A DNA stretch of 64,000 bases, taken from NCBI GenBank assembly GCA_951406725.2, contig OX597821.1:86986001-87050000 (forward strand), in the 5' to 3' direction. The notes under the pieces are model-generated. The model made no database searches. It worked only from the letters and a program-made list of their open reading frames with translations, and was not told the DNA's origin. The translations under genes and the position numbers were made by a program. Origin of the DNA: Octopus vulgaris (lineage: Eukaryota). This document shows positions 13,825-27,224 of the stretch, piece after piece (position 1 is the first letter of the stretch; every line of letters begins with the position of its first letter).

Positions 13825-15204
13825 TATATATGTGGATGCATGCCTATGTACAATACATATGTACATAATATGCAAACAGACTCGAGCCGAAAACAATGAA
13901 GATGTTTCATGTTTAATAGTGATAGCTGTGTAGGTGGTAGTGTTGGTTGCAATGGGGATGTTTTAGTACCAGTGGTCGTGTAGTTAAATGGTAAGGGGAA
14001 CAGTGGTGGAGGTGGGCGTGGGATGGTGGGGGGAGAAAGGGAGGTGTGGATGAGGCGGGGAAGGAAGAGAGAGAGAAGCAGTGAGAGAGAGGTGGGAGAC
14101 AGAGTGAGAGGAGAGAGAGAGAAGGAAAGAGAAAGGAGGGAGAGAAAAGGAAAGAGAAAGGAGGGAGAGAAAACGAGAGAATGTGAATGAGAAAGGAGAG
14201 TATGGGTGAAGAAGGGAGAGGAAGAGAGTGAGTAAGGAAGAGAGAGTGAGTGAGGCAGAGGGAGTGAGCGAGGCAGAGGGGATGAATGAAGTAAAATGAG
14301 GAATGAGTGAGTGAAGCCGAGAGTGAGGAAAGGGGGGAGGGAGTATTGAAAGAAGGAGGGAGCAGGGGAGAGAGGGTGGGTGGGTGCAAGAGTGCAACCA
14401 GCCACCGAACCATCCAACTAACCAACCATCCATAAAAGATGTTTTCCCTGCAGGGTGCCACACTGTTTTGCTATAACCAGTGGTGGTGGTGATGATGGTG
14501 GTGATGGTGGTGGTGGTGGGACTATATTGTGGAGATCACTGAGAGGCTTGGGGTGGAGGGGGGATATATGGAAGATTATAAGGGTTAGGAATAAAGGGAT
14601 TTGGCATGTTGGGAGCTTCTCTCTGCTGCCGTCTTTTATACAATTGGTCTCTAACTTCCTAATCCAGCCTCCACTCCTTACCCCTTCTTTCCTGAGCAAC
14701 TGACTCAGCTGAAGATATTGCCGCCACCACCACCACCACTACCACTGCCACTAGAATCATCCAGGGTTACCTCACCAGATCTATCCCTATCATTCCAACC
14801 ATCCCCCCTTGACTAATTTTTCAACACTTAACCACCCCCTTCTTCTGTCTTTCCCAACTACAGCATCCTCTGTCTGTTCTTATAACCACAATGTCCTCCA
14901 TCTTTCTTTTCGTTCTCCTCACACCACTCACACTTTTCGTCCCCTCTACACACTTCCTAACTTTTATTATTCTTCACACTATTTCCACGACTGTACCATC
15001 ACCACCACCAAACAGTTTCCCCAAACATCTTCAACACCAGATATATAAAAAAACAAACAAACAAAAACTCAGTGACTCAGTGACTGTCTTCTCTGACCAG
15101 GAGGAGAAGAAAAGAGGATGATAACAAAGAAAAGCCTGGTAGAAGCATCAACATCATTAGTATCATCATCATCATCATCATCATATTATTATTATTTGTG
15201 ACTA

Positions 15205-15436
15205 AGGCGGCAAACTGGCAGAAACATTAGCGCGCTGAGCGAAATGCGTAACCGTATTTCGTCTGCCGTTACGTTCTGAGTTCAAATTCCGCCGAAGTCG
15301 ACTTTGCCTTTCATCCTTTCGGGGACGATAAATAAAGTACCAGTTATGCACTGGGGTTGATATAATCGACTTAATCCATTTGTCTGTCCTTGTTTGTCCC
15401 CTCTGTGTTTAGCCCCTTGTGAGTAGTAAAGAAATA
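15205..15436 (+). mobile_element. SINE family B
   Basis: Head GGCGGCAAACTGGCAGAAACATTAGC, Meta-like core, tail GCCCCTTGTGAGTAGTAAAGAAATA. Confidence 0.9.
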
Positions 15437-15771
15437 CACATTATTATTATTATTATTATCATCAGTATATTATTAATATCAATAGTAACAACCCTACTAG
15501 TGGCATTTAATTTCATTGGTTGCAGAAGTACCTAGTATTTGTAGTCATGGTAGTGATATATCTCATGTGGTAATGACAGGAGTGAAGTAGTGGCAATCAT
15601 ACTTGAAATGAGTAGATAGACAGCCAACAACTGTAAAGGGTCGTTCCTTGTGTTACTCGCCCTGTTTTCTATTTCTCTCATTGTTTGCATATCTAAATCA
15701 TTTGTTTTCATATTTCATGTTGTTTGCTGTTGGTGACGTCCTGTATCCATATATGCATATATGTATGTGTT

Positions 15772-15810
<39 letters not shown>

Positions 15811-15812
<2 letters not shown>

Positions 15813-16116
15813 TATCACTGTGATCGACCAGGCTATCAGATGTTGCTACACATCACTGGTCACAATGCGCTTTGCATTGTTTTAGCCTTCAAATGACGCC
15901 ACCCCGCTGGCTAAGCGAGCAGGCCAACAGAAGAAAGAGTGAGAGAAAGTTGTGGTGAAAGAGTACAGCAGGGATTGGCACCACCCACTGCCGGAGCCTC
16001 GTAGAGCTTTAGGTGTTTTCACTCAATAAACACTCACAACGCCCAGTCTGGGAATCGAGACCGCGATCCTCCAACCGCGAGTCTGTTACCCTAACCACTG
16101 GCCCATTGCGCCTCCA
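15811..16116 (-). mobile_element. tRNA-derived SINE family C, RTE-tail variant (octopus OR/OK-like)
   Basis: Head and body match 54204-54390, but the 3' part differs and matches the LINE end at 35775-35828. Confidence 0.85.
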
Positions 16117-17016
16117 TATATATATATATAGGTTACCATCATCACTTTATGTCACCTTTTCCATGGTCTAATGAAATTTGTAGAGGCAGATCTTCTACAG
16201 CTGGATGGTCTTTCCATTCTAACACCATAATGTCTAACTTAAGACATAACATTAGAGCAGAATGATTAAATTAACCCCAGGAGATGACTGTTATCTATTT
16301 TATTGATTTATTTTTTTTTTGAAAAATGCAAGGATGATATTTGAAGTGGAAATGTATAACATTTTCACTTCAAATATCACGGTTTTGTCTGGGTTTCCAT
16401 TTCTTCTGCCATTCAACCCACCACTGCCACCACCAGCGATAATAATAATAATGATTTCATTTATTTGCCACAAGGGCAAAGGATGAGGAAACAACACAGA
16501 AACAGACAAAGTGTGGGGGATTTACATATATTAATGAAATGATAAAGAAAGAAAGAAAAAAGTAAGTATACACAGTATACACTGGAAAAGAAGGGACATT
16601 TGCATTGCATACGAAGGTAAAAAAAAAAAAGAAAATAGCGGGGTGGATGATAGAAATGTAGCCCTTCTGATATAGGAAAGCCTCAAGGGATAATCAATGA
16701 CCCCACTCCCCGTCTGAGATTTCCCTGAAACCCTAATAATGGATCATCATCATCATCATCATCGTTTAACGTCCATTTTCTGCGCTAGCACGGGTTAATA
16801 ATCCTTTCCATTATAGACACAAGGCCTGACATTTATGGAAAGTGGGGTCCTAGTCAATTACAGTAACCCCAGTACTTGGTACTTACTTTAATGACCGAAA
16901 AGTTAGATGAAGTGTCACTAAGCATTCTGCTTGGTGTTCTAATGGTTCTGTCAGCTCACCACCTTAATAATAATAATGATGATGATAATGACAACAACAA
17001 TAATAATAATAATAAT

Positions 17017-17373
17017 AACAAGAGCACTCAGAGAGTGCAAACCTCCACCAATGCAACACCAATATCCACTCAACGGTTAGCCAGAGATGATTTTCAAAAT
17101 GAGAATATCTGAAATAAACTCGACTGCTCTCACAAATGAGAATACTAAATATGAACCCGACTGCTCTCAAAAATTAAGTAAAAAAACAGGAAAAATAATC
17201 CGGAGTCCTTGTCCAGTACTGAATCGATCCCAAAATCTAATCAGTTCATGCCAGTCACAAGGCCAAACATCCCTGAAAGTTTCATCCGAATCCATCCTGT
17301 GGTTCTTGAGATATCTTGTCCACAAACAAACACAACTGTAAACAATACCTCCGCCTTCGCTAAGGCAGAGATA
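17017..17373 (+). mobile_element. Non-autonomous Helentron-like element (DINE-1/HINE-type)
   Basis: Starts AACAAGAG in a (TAA)n tract. 5' ACCTCCACC is echoed in the 3' hairpin ACCTCCGCCTT-CGCT-AAGGCAGAGAT, and a short (CAAA)n precedes the hairpin. Confidence 0.6.
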
Positions 17374-17859
17374 ATAATTACCATTATTATTATTATTATT
17401 ATTATTTTCATTATCATTATTATATTTCTAGCATAGTTATAAGTCTGAAATTTGGTGGTAGGAGGATAGTTAATACCGTTAACTAGATCTAATACTAGAA
17501 TGGCACTTTATTTTATTGAGCCCAAAAGGATGAAAAAGTAAAGTTGATCTTGGCAGAATTCAAGCTCAGAATGTAAAGTGTCGGAATGAATTTGCAAGTT
17601 ATTTTATCTGACATTCTAACAATTATGCCAATTCAGTTATGTCAATTTCTAATAGTTGCAAAAGCACACATCTTGGAGAAAGGAATAATATATCATATCT
17701 ATCCAAGAACTTGACTGGTATTTTATCTTAATGACCACCCCCAAAGGGATAAAAGGCAAAGTACATCTTAGTAGGATTTGAACTCAGAATGCTAAGAGCT
17801 GGGAGAAATACTGCAATGAATTTTCCTGATGCTCTAACAATTCTCTCAACTTGATATTT

Positions 17860-18300
17860 AAAAATCTTGCTTCCCAAAGACATGGTCCCAGGTTCAGTCC
17901 CACTGTGTGACACCTTGGGCAAATGTTATCTACTATAGCCTTGAACCAACCAAAACCTTGTGTGTAGATTTGGTAGATGGAAACTGAAAGGAGCCCATCG
18001 TGGTGCCCCAGCATGGCCACAGCCTCAGAGCTGAAACACATAAGAGAATATATTTGTGTGTGTGTGTGTGTGTGTGTGTTGTGTGTGTCTGTGTTTTCCC
18101 CCTCTGTTATCACCAGTTGACAACCAGTGTTGGTGTGTTTATGTCCCTGTAACTTACTGGTTCATCAAAAGAGATTGACTGAATAAGTACTAGGCTTTAA
18201 AAATAAGTCCTGGGGTCAATTTGTTTGACTAAAACCCTTCAAGGCAGTGCTCCAGTATGGCCACAGTCAAATGACTGAAGCAAGTGAAAGAATACAGAAA
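17860..18300 (+). mobile_element. Diverged SINE family A with a short CR1-group 3' end inserted (about 18001-18045)
   Basis: Family A body. The internal GGTGCCCCAGCATGGCCACAGCCTCAGAGCTGAAACAC resembles the LINE end at 50190-50226. Confidence 0.75.
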
Positions 18301-18309
18301 AATAAACCT

Positions 18310-20215
18310 GTTTCCAGAGCAAAAAGGGATGCTACAAAGGATCCTATGGTTGTGAAAATCAACAGAGCTATACTGCAGGAGAAAAGGGTTACAACATGGC
18401 ATGGATTGACTCCCAGAAGAAGGAAGATATGGGAAAACATGTCAAGAGTAAATAGTAAACAATTTTGCAGATACAATTCAAAGAATGAATCATAAAAAGT
18501 AAACCACCTCCACTAGAAAAATATTCCAAGGGGATTATTTCTCTCCACTCCTTTTTTTCTGTCTGGTACTGATGCCTTTATCTGACATGCTAAACAAAAA
18601 CTGGAGGTAGATAAATGCACCATGGCTAAGACAATCAACTATATCTTGTATAGGGATGGCCTCAAGTTGCAGGCTGCAGATTATAAAGAACTATGAAGAC
18701 CACTCTTCATAGACAGTGTGTGTTTATTACTGAAGAAATTGATAAAGAGATTTTTGGATAAGAGAACCACACCAAAACAACCTTGAAGAGACAGAAATTA
18801 ATTAAGAATGCTACATTTCCTGTTAGATAAAGAAAAATGAGGTAAGAGAATTAAACCAAACATGGACATACAAATACTTAGGAGTCATTCAATTAGACAG
18901 TGTACAACATACCTGAAAGATAAAATTAGAAAAGAATATTAAAGACAGAGCTAAATGATAAAAATAAGGTAAAAGATATGAATATTGAGCTGTCCCAGTA
19001 ATAAGTTCAAGTAATAATATTCTCAACTGGATGCTAAACGAACGAACAAGATTAGAAAAGAGAACAAGAAAAATAATAATCATATTCAGTATAAGCCACT
19101 CAAAATCTGATATAGAAAGATTATATATATTATGAATACAGGAAGATATGAGACCTTATGCAGTTGGAAAACTATGATAAAATATCCACTGTGGGACAAG
19201 AAAAAATATACAGAAAAGAATAATGGAAAACTAATATAGATAGCTACGAAACATGAGCAAACAACTTTTCTGTTTTCAAGGAAGCTAACAAATGCAAGAT
19301 GGAGTCTGAAATGAAAGTTAGTTATGAAAGAAAAGAACCTACAATAGAAATTGTGAAAAGGCTAAAACAAAACCAGACTGAAATGGGGTTACAGAATGGC
19401 GCCATGATAAAGCAATAACAAAAAGTCCCTACATGTCAATAACTGTAAAAGCTGAACAGAATAGAAGTAGACAAAGAAAAATTGTAAGACTCTCTAAAAA
19501 GCACAAGACTGCAAGGTTCCTGATTGTGGTACAGGATGAAGGCTTTTAACCAAAAACTAGCAAAAGCATATAATAAAGCATGTAAAATATATGGAGATGA
19601 GATGATACAATTAACCAAGAAAGAATACATCTACAAGGCTTATGCGAACTGGAAATTATGCCAGAATTAGGGAACACCACCAGAAAAGAATTGGTGGAAG
19701 CATACACCAGAAAAAAAAAATGTCAGAGAATGAGAAAGTGACCACACTCTGGTATATGCCACTACACACACACACAAACAGGAATATCAAGGTTAACTAA
19801 CCAGAAATTGCTATCAAGGACCACCAAGAAGGCTTCTAATTGACATGCCACACCCGACAGATGATGATGCAACTCTAAAAGAAATTGAGAAACTATCCCA
19901 ATATAAAGATGTGGAAATAAAGATAACCTGACTGTGAAGGTTGAAAACAAAAATAATCCTTATAAGAATAGGTGCCTTGTGAAGGAAAAAGGGGGGGGGG
20001 AAATGCAGAGAAACATATAATCAGAACCTCAGGATTTACAAATATGCATATCACAGAAAATACATTAAGAACTGCAAATGCTATGTGGAGCATCTTCCGT
20101 ACAATAGAAGCAATAATAACAAAATACTGCACATACCCAAAGCATAAATAACTGAGCTCAGTAATGGAGTGAAAGCATGAAATGAAATTAAGATGACTGA
20201 CTAATAATAATAATG
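18310..20215 (+). mobile_element. Decayed R4/Dong-like non-LTR retrotransposon (RT plus restriction-like endonuclease)
   Basis: Frameshifted motifs in order: IFQGDxxSPLLF (~18522), INYILYRDGLKL (YMDD box, ~18633), TYKYLGV (~18866), AVPVIS, SDIERLYI, WWKHTPE, ENEKVTTLW, KEIEKLSQYKDVEI, IRIGAL. Ends in (TAA)n. Confidence 0.8.
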
Positions 20216-20966
20216 ATTTCTTACAATACACCGAAACAATATATTGTTATAATCCAAGTCGAACAAAGAATTTCCTGTTATCTCAGAAGACAGTGACACA
20301 TAGCTAAACATCAACAACATAGTTGAGAGAACAAGTACATTTACAAGCATTATTAATGCCAATTTTTCATTTTACTGTTTAGCAAAGACTACAGAGAAAA
20401 TAGATAGAAAGTGATTGAGTTGTAATGATTACAGAGATATTAATTGCTTAGAAGCCTAAAAAATAAATATGTCCTGATAGCTTCCAACCAAGAGACAATC
20501 TAGTTAGTTTATTGAATAGAGATGTAAATAGTTTTTTATTATAAATACACTAACTTCTACCTTGCCAGACTGAAATAATTTTTATGAACAACTTATATAT
20601 ATTTTTTTTTTATAGTTTTTAATTGTTTTGTTAAAGACTTTGTTGTCGTGTATTCTGATTGAAGAATGTGATTGATGTAGAGATTCCGCTGGAATGGTTT
20701 CACATTGCCATTCTCCATATCCAACTGTAGGACTTCAGTTTAGAGCTGCAAGCTAACAAAACAGTAACACAAACAATCAGTAATCAACAGAGAAACAGCA
20801 GCCACAACAACAATTCTGAAAGTGACTCTGAATAGTTTTATAAACCTTTTCCTTCATACAGGAAGCTAAATTTATAACCACGAGCAATCCTGTACAAACC
20901 TAATTTTCTAAATCATGTATCTCAGTCCAGTTTTCCTTATAATTAGCAGAAATCATGTTCTTTTAG

Positions 20967-21357
20967 CATAGGAGTGGCTGTGTGGTAAGTAGCTTGTTTA
21001 CCAACCACATGGTTCCGGGTTCAGTCCCACTGCGTGGGACCTTGGGCAAGTGTCTTCTACTATAGCCTCGGGCCGACCAAATCCTTGTGAGTGGATTTGG
21101 TAGACGGAAACTGAAAGAAGCCCGTCGTATATATGTATATGTATATATATATGCATGTGTGTGTTTGTGCGTCTGTGTTTGTCCCCCTAGCATTGCTTGA
21201 CAACCGATGCTGGTGTGTTTATGTCCCCGTTACTTAGCGGTTCGGCAAAAGAGACAGATAGAATAAGTACTGGGCTTACAAAAGAATAAGTCCCGGGGTC
21301 GAGTTGCTCGATTAAAGGTGGTGCTCCATGACTGAAACAAGTAAAAGAGTAAAAGAG
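20967..21357 (+). mobile_element. SINE family A
   Basis: Near full length with a small deletion in the tail. Confidence 0.9.
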
Positions 21358-22179
21358 ACCAAGTCTAATCATAATCTTTTCGCTATAAAGGAGGTTAATA
21401 TTTATGTATTTCAGCTGACACCAGCTTAATTTCCAGTGGTTTCTTCGTTAAGTACCAATCTGCAATTAGCAATATACCTTGGAATACTTGCACTTCAACA
21501 CTGACAAAATACAGAGTTAAGATGGCACCAGTGTATGTAGTATTTATTATACTTTGACAATGAGTCTTCTGATGTCAGTCTACCGATTGTAGGTATCAAT
21601 TAGTTCCTCTAAGATTGCAAGTTGCCATTGTACCAGCACATTAACTATATCAGACAACTTCAGACAGCTAACACATACAGTTGCCAGATGAATCATAAGA
21701 TCAATACAACTGTTTTCCCATTTCACTGCTAAGTTAACCTTTGACCGCTGCATCCAAGTCTGCCTGCAATGTTGATGTATGTCCCATCACCCTGCTTCTT
21801 CAACCGTACACACCTATCAGGTATGCTTCAATCGTGAATGCAACCCATTCAAACTAAAATGCTTACGTTACACAATGCAGCAACAGGCTGAGCAATCTAT
21901 TGCTTGAAACCCTCTGCACAAAGTAGACTGTCCGTTTCTACCTACAACTTAATTTGCTTGAACATGTGTATATGTAGTCTCATTGATTTCATCTCTCAAG
22001 AGAGTCAGGATGTGGTTTTATGTAGCTGCAAATCATGTGCAATCATGCAATTGGAATAACAATTTTCTTTCAAATATTAACAGGAAAAAAACCCCTTCCA
22101 TTTCAAATTGATCTTCATTGCTAATATGAAGGTGTTCTACAGGGCAGCACAGCTGCAGATCCAAAGCACATGCACATCT

Positions 22180-22535
22180 TTTGTCTGTTTCAGTTGTTAG
22201 ACTGTGACCATTATGGAGCACACCTTGAAGAATTTTTAGCCAAAAGAATCAACCCCAGGACTTATTCTATCATGTCTCTTTTTGCCAAACTGCTAAGTTA
22301 CAGGGACATAAACACACCAACATCTGTTGTCAAGCAGTGAAGGGGGACAATCACAGCCACAAAGACAGACAGACACACACACACAATGGGCTTCTTTTAG
22401 TTGCAACCAACCAAATCCACTCACAAGTCTTTGGTCAGCCTGAGGCTCTAGTAGAAGACACTTACCCAAGGTGACATGCAGTAGGACTGAACCTGGAACC
22501 ATGTGATTGGGAAGTAAGCTTCATACCACACACCT
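22180..22535 (-). mobile_element. Older SINE family A subfamily
   Basis: Diverged reverse-complement match to family A. Confidence 0.75.
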
Positions 22536-22807
22536 ACAATCTAGACACACACTTTTTGAGATTTTGTACAGTCCTGAAGTTATATACCAATATAATAATC
22601 TTGCTTTATTAAATAACCTCCTTTCTCATTATCATTGTTTTAATGTCCATTTCCCATGCTTTCACAAGTCAGATGGAATTTGTTAAGGCAGATTTTCAAT
22701 GACTGGAGGCCCATCCCTATCAAAATTCAAAGCAGACAATTTTGTAATATATCTTTTTAAAATATTATCAGACAGCTACACTATTCTGTTATATCCATTG
22801 GTCTTAA

Positions 22808-23381
22808 CCCTTTAACATTAAAACCAGCCATATCCAGCCCGCATATTCTTCCTATTTTATGTTCAAACTGTGAAGGCGCATGGCTCAGTGGTTAGAGCGT
22901 CAAGCTTACAATCATGTGGTTGTGAGCACAAATCCCAGACCAGGCTGCGAGTTGTGTTCTTGAGCAAGACACTTTATTTCACGTTGCTCCAGTTCACTCA
23001 GCTGTAGAAATGAGTTGCGATGTCACATGTGTCAAGCTATATCGGCCTTTGCCTTTCCCTTGGATAACACTGGTGGTGTGGAGAGGAGAGGCCGGTATGC
23101 ATGGGCTACTGCTGGCCTTCCATAAACAACCTTCCCCGGACTTGTGCCTGGGAGGGTAACATTCTAGGTGCAATCCCATGGTCAGTGTCATGACCGAAGG
23201 AGGTCTCAGAGATGTTCAAACTATCCAGATCCAGCCTCTCATACTTTCCCTACAATGTTATTCAAAAAATACACAATTACATCATTGAAATCTCAAAAGT
23301 TATGAGATAATACATGATTAATTTAAAACAATGTGGATAAATAAGAATTACATTTGACAGAGTAATCCGAAAGCAAAAGGG
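22808..23381. mobile_element. piggyBac-like MITE (TTAA-CCC...GGG) interrupted by a SINE
   Basis: TTAACCCTTT left end and AAAAGGG right end. Internal sequence is shared with 26458-26650. Confidence 0.65.
22870..23211 (+). mobile_element. tRNA-derived SINE family D
   Basis: A box TGGCTCAGTGGTTAG, conserved-domain-like TTCTTGAGCAAGACACTT...CACTCAGCTGTA, 11-bp TSD ATGTTCAAACT (22859-22869 and 23212-23222). Confidence 0.9.
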
Positions 23382-23620
23382 CTGAAGTAAGTAGCAGACT
23401 CATAAACTCTAGAACCATAAAATTTTCAATAACAATCTGGTCACAAGAAGAGCTGCTGGATCCAGTGAGCATATTGGCAATCTGGAGACACATTTTACCA
23501 ATTCTCTTTACTGTTAAATAATAGTTTGTAACATCAAAAAATGTAAGAATGTAATGTAAGAATTTGGTAAAAGACTAAACTATAGCAAGAGGTTCTAATA
23601 TTCTCATCGTTATTCTAGAT

Positions 23621-24146
23621 CATAGGTTCTCAAAGTGGGTGTGTTGAAAGGGTTCAAGTGGGCGCTGGTGTCTAAGAGGCTGGTATGGGGTGGTAGAGGA
23701 AAAGGAGGCATTAGGAGGAAGGCAGTGAATTGGGCAACACTATGAATTTATATTATTATTATAGCACGCCAGGCAAAATGCGTAACCGTATTTCGTCTGC
23801 CGTTACGTTCTGGGTTCAAATTCTGCCGAGGTCGACTTTGCCTTTCATCCTTTCGGGGTTGATAAATCAAGTACCAGTTACGCACTGGGGTCGATGTAAT
23901 CGACTTAATCTGTTTGTCTGTCCTTGTTTGTCCCCTCTGTGTTTAGCCCCTTGTGGGTAGTAAAGAAATATATTATAGTATAGTATACAAATTATATAAT
24001 ATTATATTAAATATCAAACGATTCATAGTATATATAAATTAGTAAAATATAAAATATTTATTTACACATAAAAATAGAAGCGGGGGTGCTGAGGGTATTA
24101 TGTGGCTAGGAGTGGGGCAGTGGCCCAAAAAGTTTGAGAACCTCTG
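23621..24146. mobile_element. hAT (Charlie-like) MITE containing a nested family B SINE (about 23763-23970)
   Basis: TIRs CATAGGTTCTCAAAG and GTTTGAGAACCTCTG. Confidence 0.65.
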
Positions 24147-24430
24147 TTGCAGGATTTCATATTGTTTGCTGCTTCATGTTCTTGTTTGATGGGGCTGGGT
24201 TCATCTTAGGTAAGTGGTCCCCAGAGACATCATCAGAGCTGACCAAGTCCACCATTGCTGGCAGTCCTGTGCCAGCCCCTCTACATCCTTCATATTCCTC
24301 CCAACTGAAAATTGAGTAACTACGTAAGCTCACATTCTTATTGGTCAAAATAATATTTTCACAGTGAAGCAAAATATTCACCTGGAAGCTATTTACAATG
24401 AAGTAAATTTAAATTATTAGCAATTATTAT

Positions 24431-24834
24431 GCACAGGAGTGGCTGTGTGGTAAATAGCTTGCTTACCAACCACATGGTTCTGGGTTCAGTCCCACTGCGT
24501 GGCACCTTGGGCAAGTACCTTCTACTATAGCCTCGGGCTGACCAAAGCCTTGTGAGTGGATTTGGTAGACGGAAACTGAAAGAAGCCCGTCGTATATGTG
24601 TATATATATATATATATGCATGTGTGTGTTTGTGCGTCTGTGTTTGTCCCCCTAGCATTGCTTGACAACCGATGCTGGTGTGTTTATGTCCCCATCACTT
24701 AGCGGTTCGGCAAAAGAGACCGATAGAATAAGTACTGGGCTTACAAAAGAATAAGTCTCGGGGTCGAGTTGCTCGATTAAAGGCGGTGCTCCAGCATGGC
24801 CGCAGTCAAATGACTGAAACAAGTAAAAGAGTAA
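24431..24834 (+). mobile_element. SINE family A
   Basis: Full-length match. Confidence 0.9.
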
Positions 24835-25295
24835 GTGCCAAGTAAGGGGGGTGGGTAACTACAAACCATTGACCATCTGAACTGCTGATCAGCAGCCAGC
24901 CATCAGCTGCATCATCAGCTGTTTTAATACAAAAGAGGCGTGGAGGCATAAAGGAATAAAAAAACACTTGAGATCAATACAAATATTACACATTGCAGTG
25001 AGATTTAGGTTTGTATTGTGCCAAGTGAAATCGGCAAGGATCTCATAGTTACAAATGGTTTGTTTACCTGATCGAGTAAATCAATCTCAGTATAATACTG
25101 CTACTAATTTTATAAGCAGCTAACACAAAAGTGCATGGCATGTGGTTAACAAATTCGCTTAGGAACCACAAGATTTGGGGTTCAATCTCATTGCGCAGCA
25201 TTTTAAGCAAGTGTCTGTTATCAAAGCCTTGGATTAAACAATATGTTATGAGTGAAATTTGGTAAATAGAAACTCTGTAAAATTTTGTTATCATA

Positions 25296-25455
25296 GGCGC
25301 AGGAGTGGCTGTGTGATAAGTAGCTTGCTTACCAACCACATGGTTCCGGGTTCAGTCCCACTGCGTGGCACCTTGGGCAAGTGTCTTCTACTATAGCCTC
25401 GGGCTGACCAAAGCCTTGAGTGGATTTGGTAGATGGAAACTGAAAGAAGCCTGTC

Positions 25456-25491
<36 letters not shown>

Positions 25492-25746
25492 AGAACGGAT
25501 GTTAAACGATGATGATGATGATGATGATGATATGTATGTATATATATGTGTGTGTGTTTGTTCCCCCAACATCGCTCGACAACCGATGCTGGTATGATTA
25601 CGTTCCTGTTACTTAGCGGTTCGGCAAAAGAGACCGATAGAATAAGTACTAGGCTTACGAAGAATAAGTCCTGGGGTCGATTTGCTCGACTAAAAGGTGG
25701 TGCTCCAGCATGGCCGCAGTCAAATGACTGAAACAAGTAAAAGAGT
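25296..25746 (+). mobile_element. SINE family A with a family E 3' end in its microsatellite
   Basis: Full-length match with internal GGAGAACGGATGTTAAACGATGATG. Confidence 0.9.
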
Positions 25747-26457
25747 ATTTATCTATAGATATGATGGACTCTTACATCTATAATACAATAAGTTGTGCAA
25801 GAACATACGGTATGCATACTTTGCATACAGATGGCTTTCCTTGAGGTAATACCATTCATGTTGTTGATGTGTATGTGCATACATACACTCACACATACAC
25901 ATGTATGTTTATATCTTTTGTAGTTTTCTTCCAATAAATTTCACAGAGTTACTATTCCTTACCATTCTTACTCTTAAGAATGCATTGAACCAATAATTGT
26001 CAGTTACAAGTTTAAAATATTTCATAAATTGTTACATTCACACACGGTCAGCACCAATTTTACTATGGTGTGACATGATCTAGTATTACCTGCTTGTAGC
26101 TGAGCTGAGTGGTTGGTGATTAAGCCAACTCCTATTAGACAACCCTAGGCATGACTAGCCTTTGTGAGAAGTGGGTCGCATGAGACATAGCTCTTTATAA
26201 GGGTGGGTAGCACTACTAAAAAAATTTTGATTCTTCCTGAAGCATGCCATTCAAAGAGTCCCATGGCCCACTGTTTGTCCATAATGGGACAAGTCCAATG
26301 AGGAAGGATTGTGGGCAACTAGAAGGATAAAAAAAAAACTGTCAAAGGCAAATGAGCTCCTTAAGAGTCAATGACATCGACATGTTAGGGAGATGGACAC
26401 CACTAGGATTACCAAGCTTAAATGAAGCACTTGAATAGAAGTTATACCAATAATTAA

Positions 26458-26650
26458 CCCATAAGTATTTAAACTGGCCTAAATATTTTTTATGTTCAGA
26501 CTAGCCAAATCTGACCACCCACATCTACCCTACAATGTCACTCTAAAATTGTACAATCACATCACAAGCTTTGAGATAAAGCATGATTAATTCAAAACTA
26601 TGCGAATAAATAAGCATTACATTTGAAAGAGTAATATGAATGCTAAAGGG
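26458..26650. mobile_element. piggyBac-like MITE
   Basis: TTAA-CCC...GGG-TTAA ends; homologous to 22808-23381. Confidence 0.7.
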
Positions 26651-26657
26651 TTAAATA

Positions 26658-26898
26658 CAGGGCTGTGGAGTCGGAGTCGTGGAGTCAGTAAAACTATAAC
26701 AACTGACTCGCAATACATTTATTCTTTAATATAAACTAGTTATAACATATAGGCCTACTCAAAGTACAAACATATGCATATGCTTTACGAGGGATGTAGA
26801 CCACAATCATCTAATTACATAAAGAGGAGTCGGAGTCAGAGGTGCCGACAGTAGAGGAGTCGGAGTCAAAAGATTTTTGTTTTGACTCCACAGCCTTG
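26658..26898. mobile_element. hAT-type MITE with GGAGTC subterminal repeats
   Basis: TIR CAGGGCTGTGGAGTC and GACTCCACAGCCTTG; second copy at 42189-42440. Confidence 0.85.
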
Positions 26899-27224
26899 GA
26901 CATGTGTCCTCTAGTAATGCCTTGTGAAGGGATTAAGTATACAGAAACTGTGTAGAATCATTTGTGTGTGTGTGTGTTTCTGTTCTTTACTCACCACTTG
27001 GCAATCATTTGTTTATGTCCTTGTAACTTAGCAGATCAACAATAGAGGCTGACAGAATGAGTATTGGGCTTAAAACTAAGTACTTATTCAGCTAAAAACC
27101 CTTCAAGGCGCTGCTGAAGCATGGCCACAATTCAATGACTGAAACAAGTAAAAGACAAAAGATATGATTACAATTTCCAGAAAGTTTGCAAAACCATTTA
27201 TGATACGTAATAATATTCTTTGAT

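Noticed and set aside
21390-22000. Possible old retroelement fragment (also 26050-26400 and 45250-45540)
   Set aside because: No diagnostic motif recognised by eye; needs a translated search.
24153-24310. Possible exon on either strand
   Set aside because: The plus-strand acceptor abuts a MITE end, and the minus strand reads VEGLAQDCQQW like an RTE ORF end. More likely a TE remnant.
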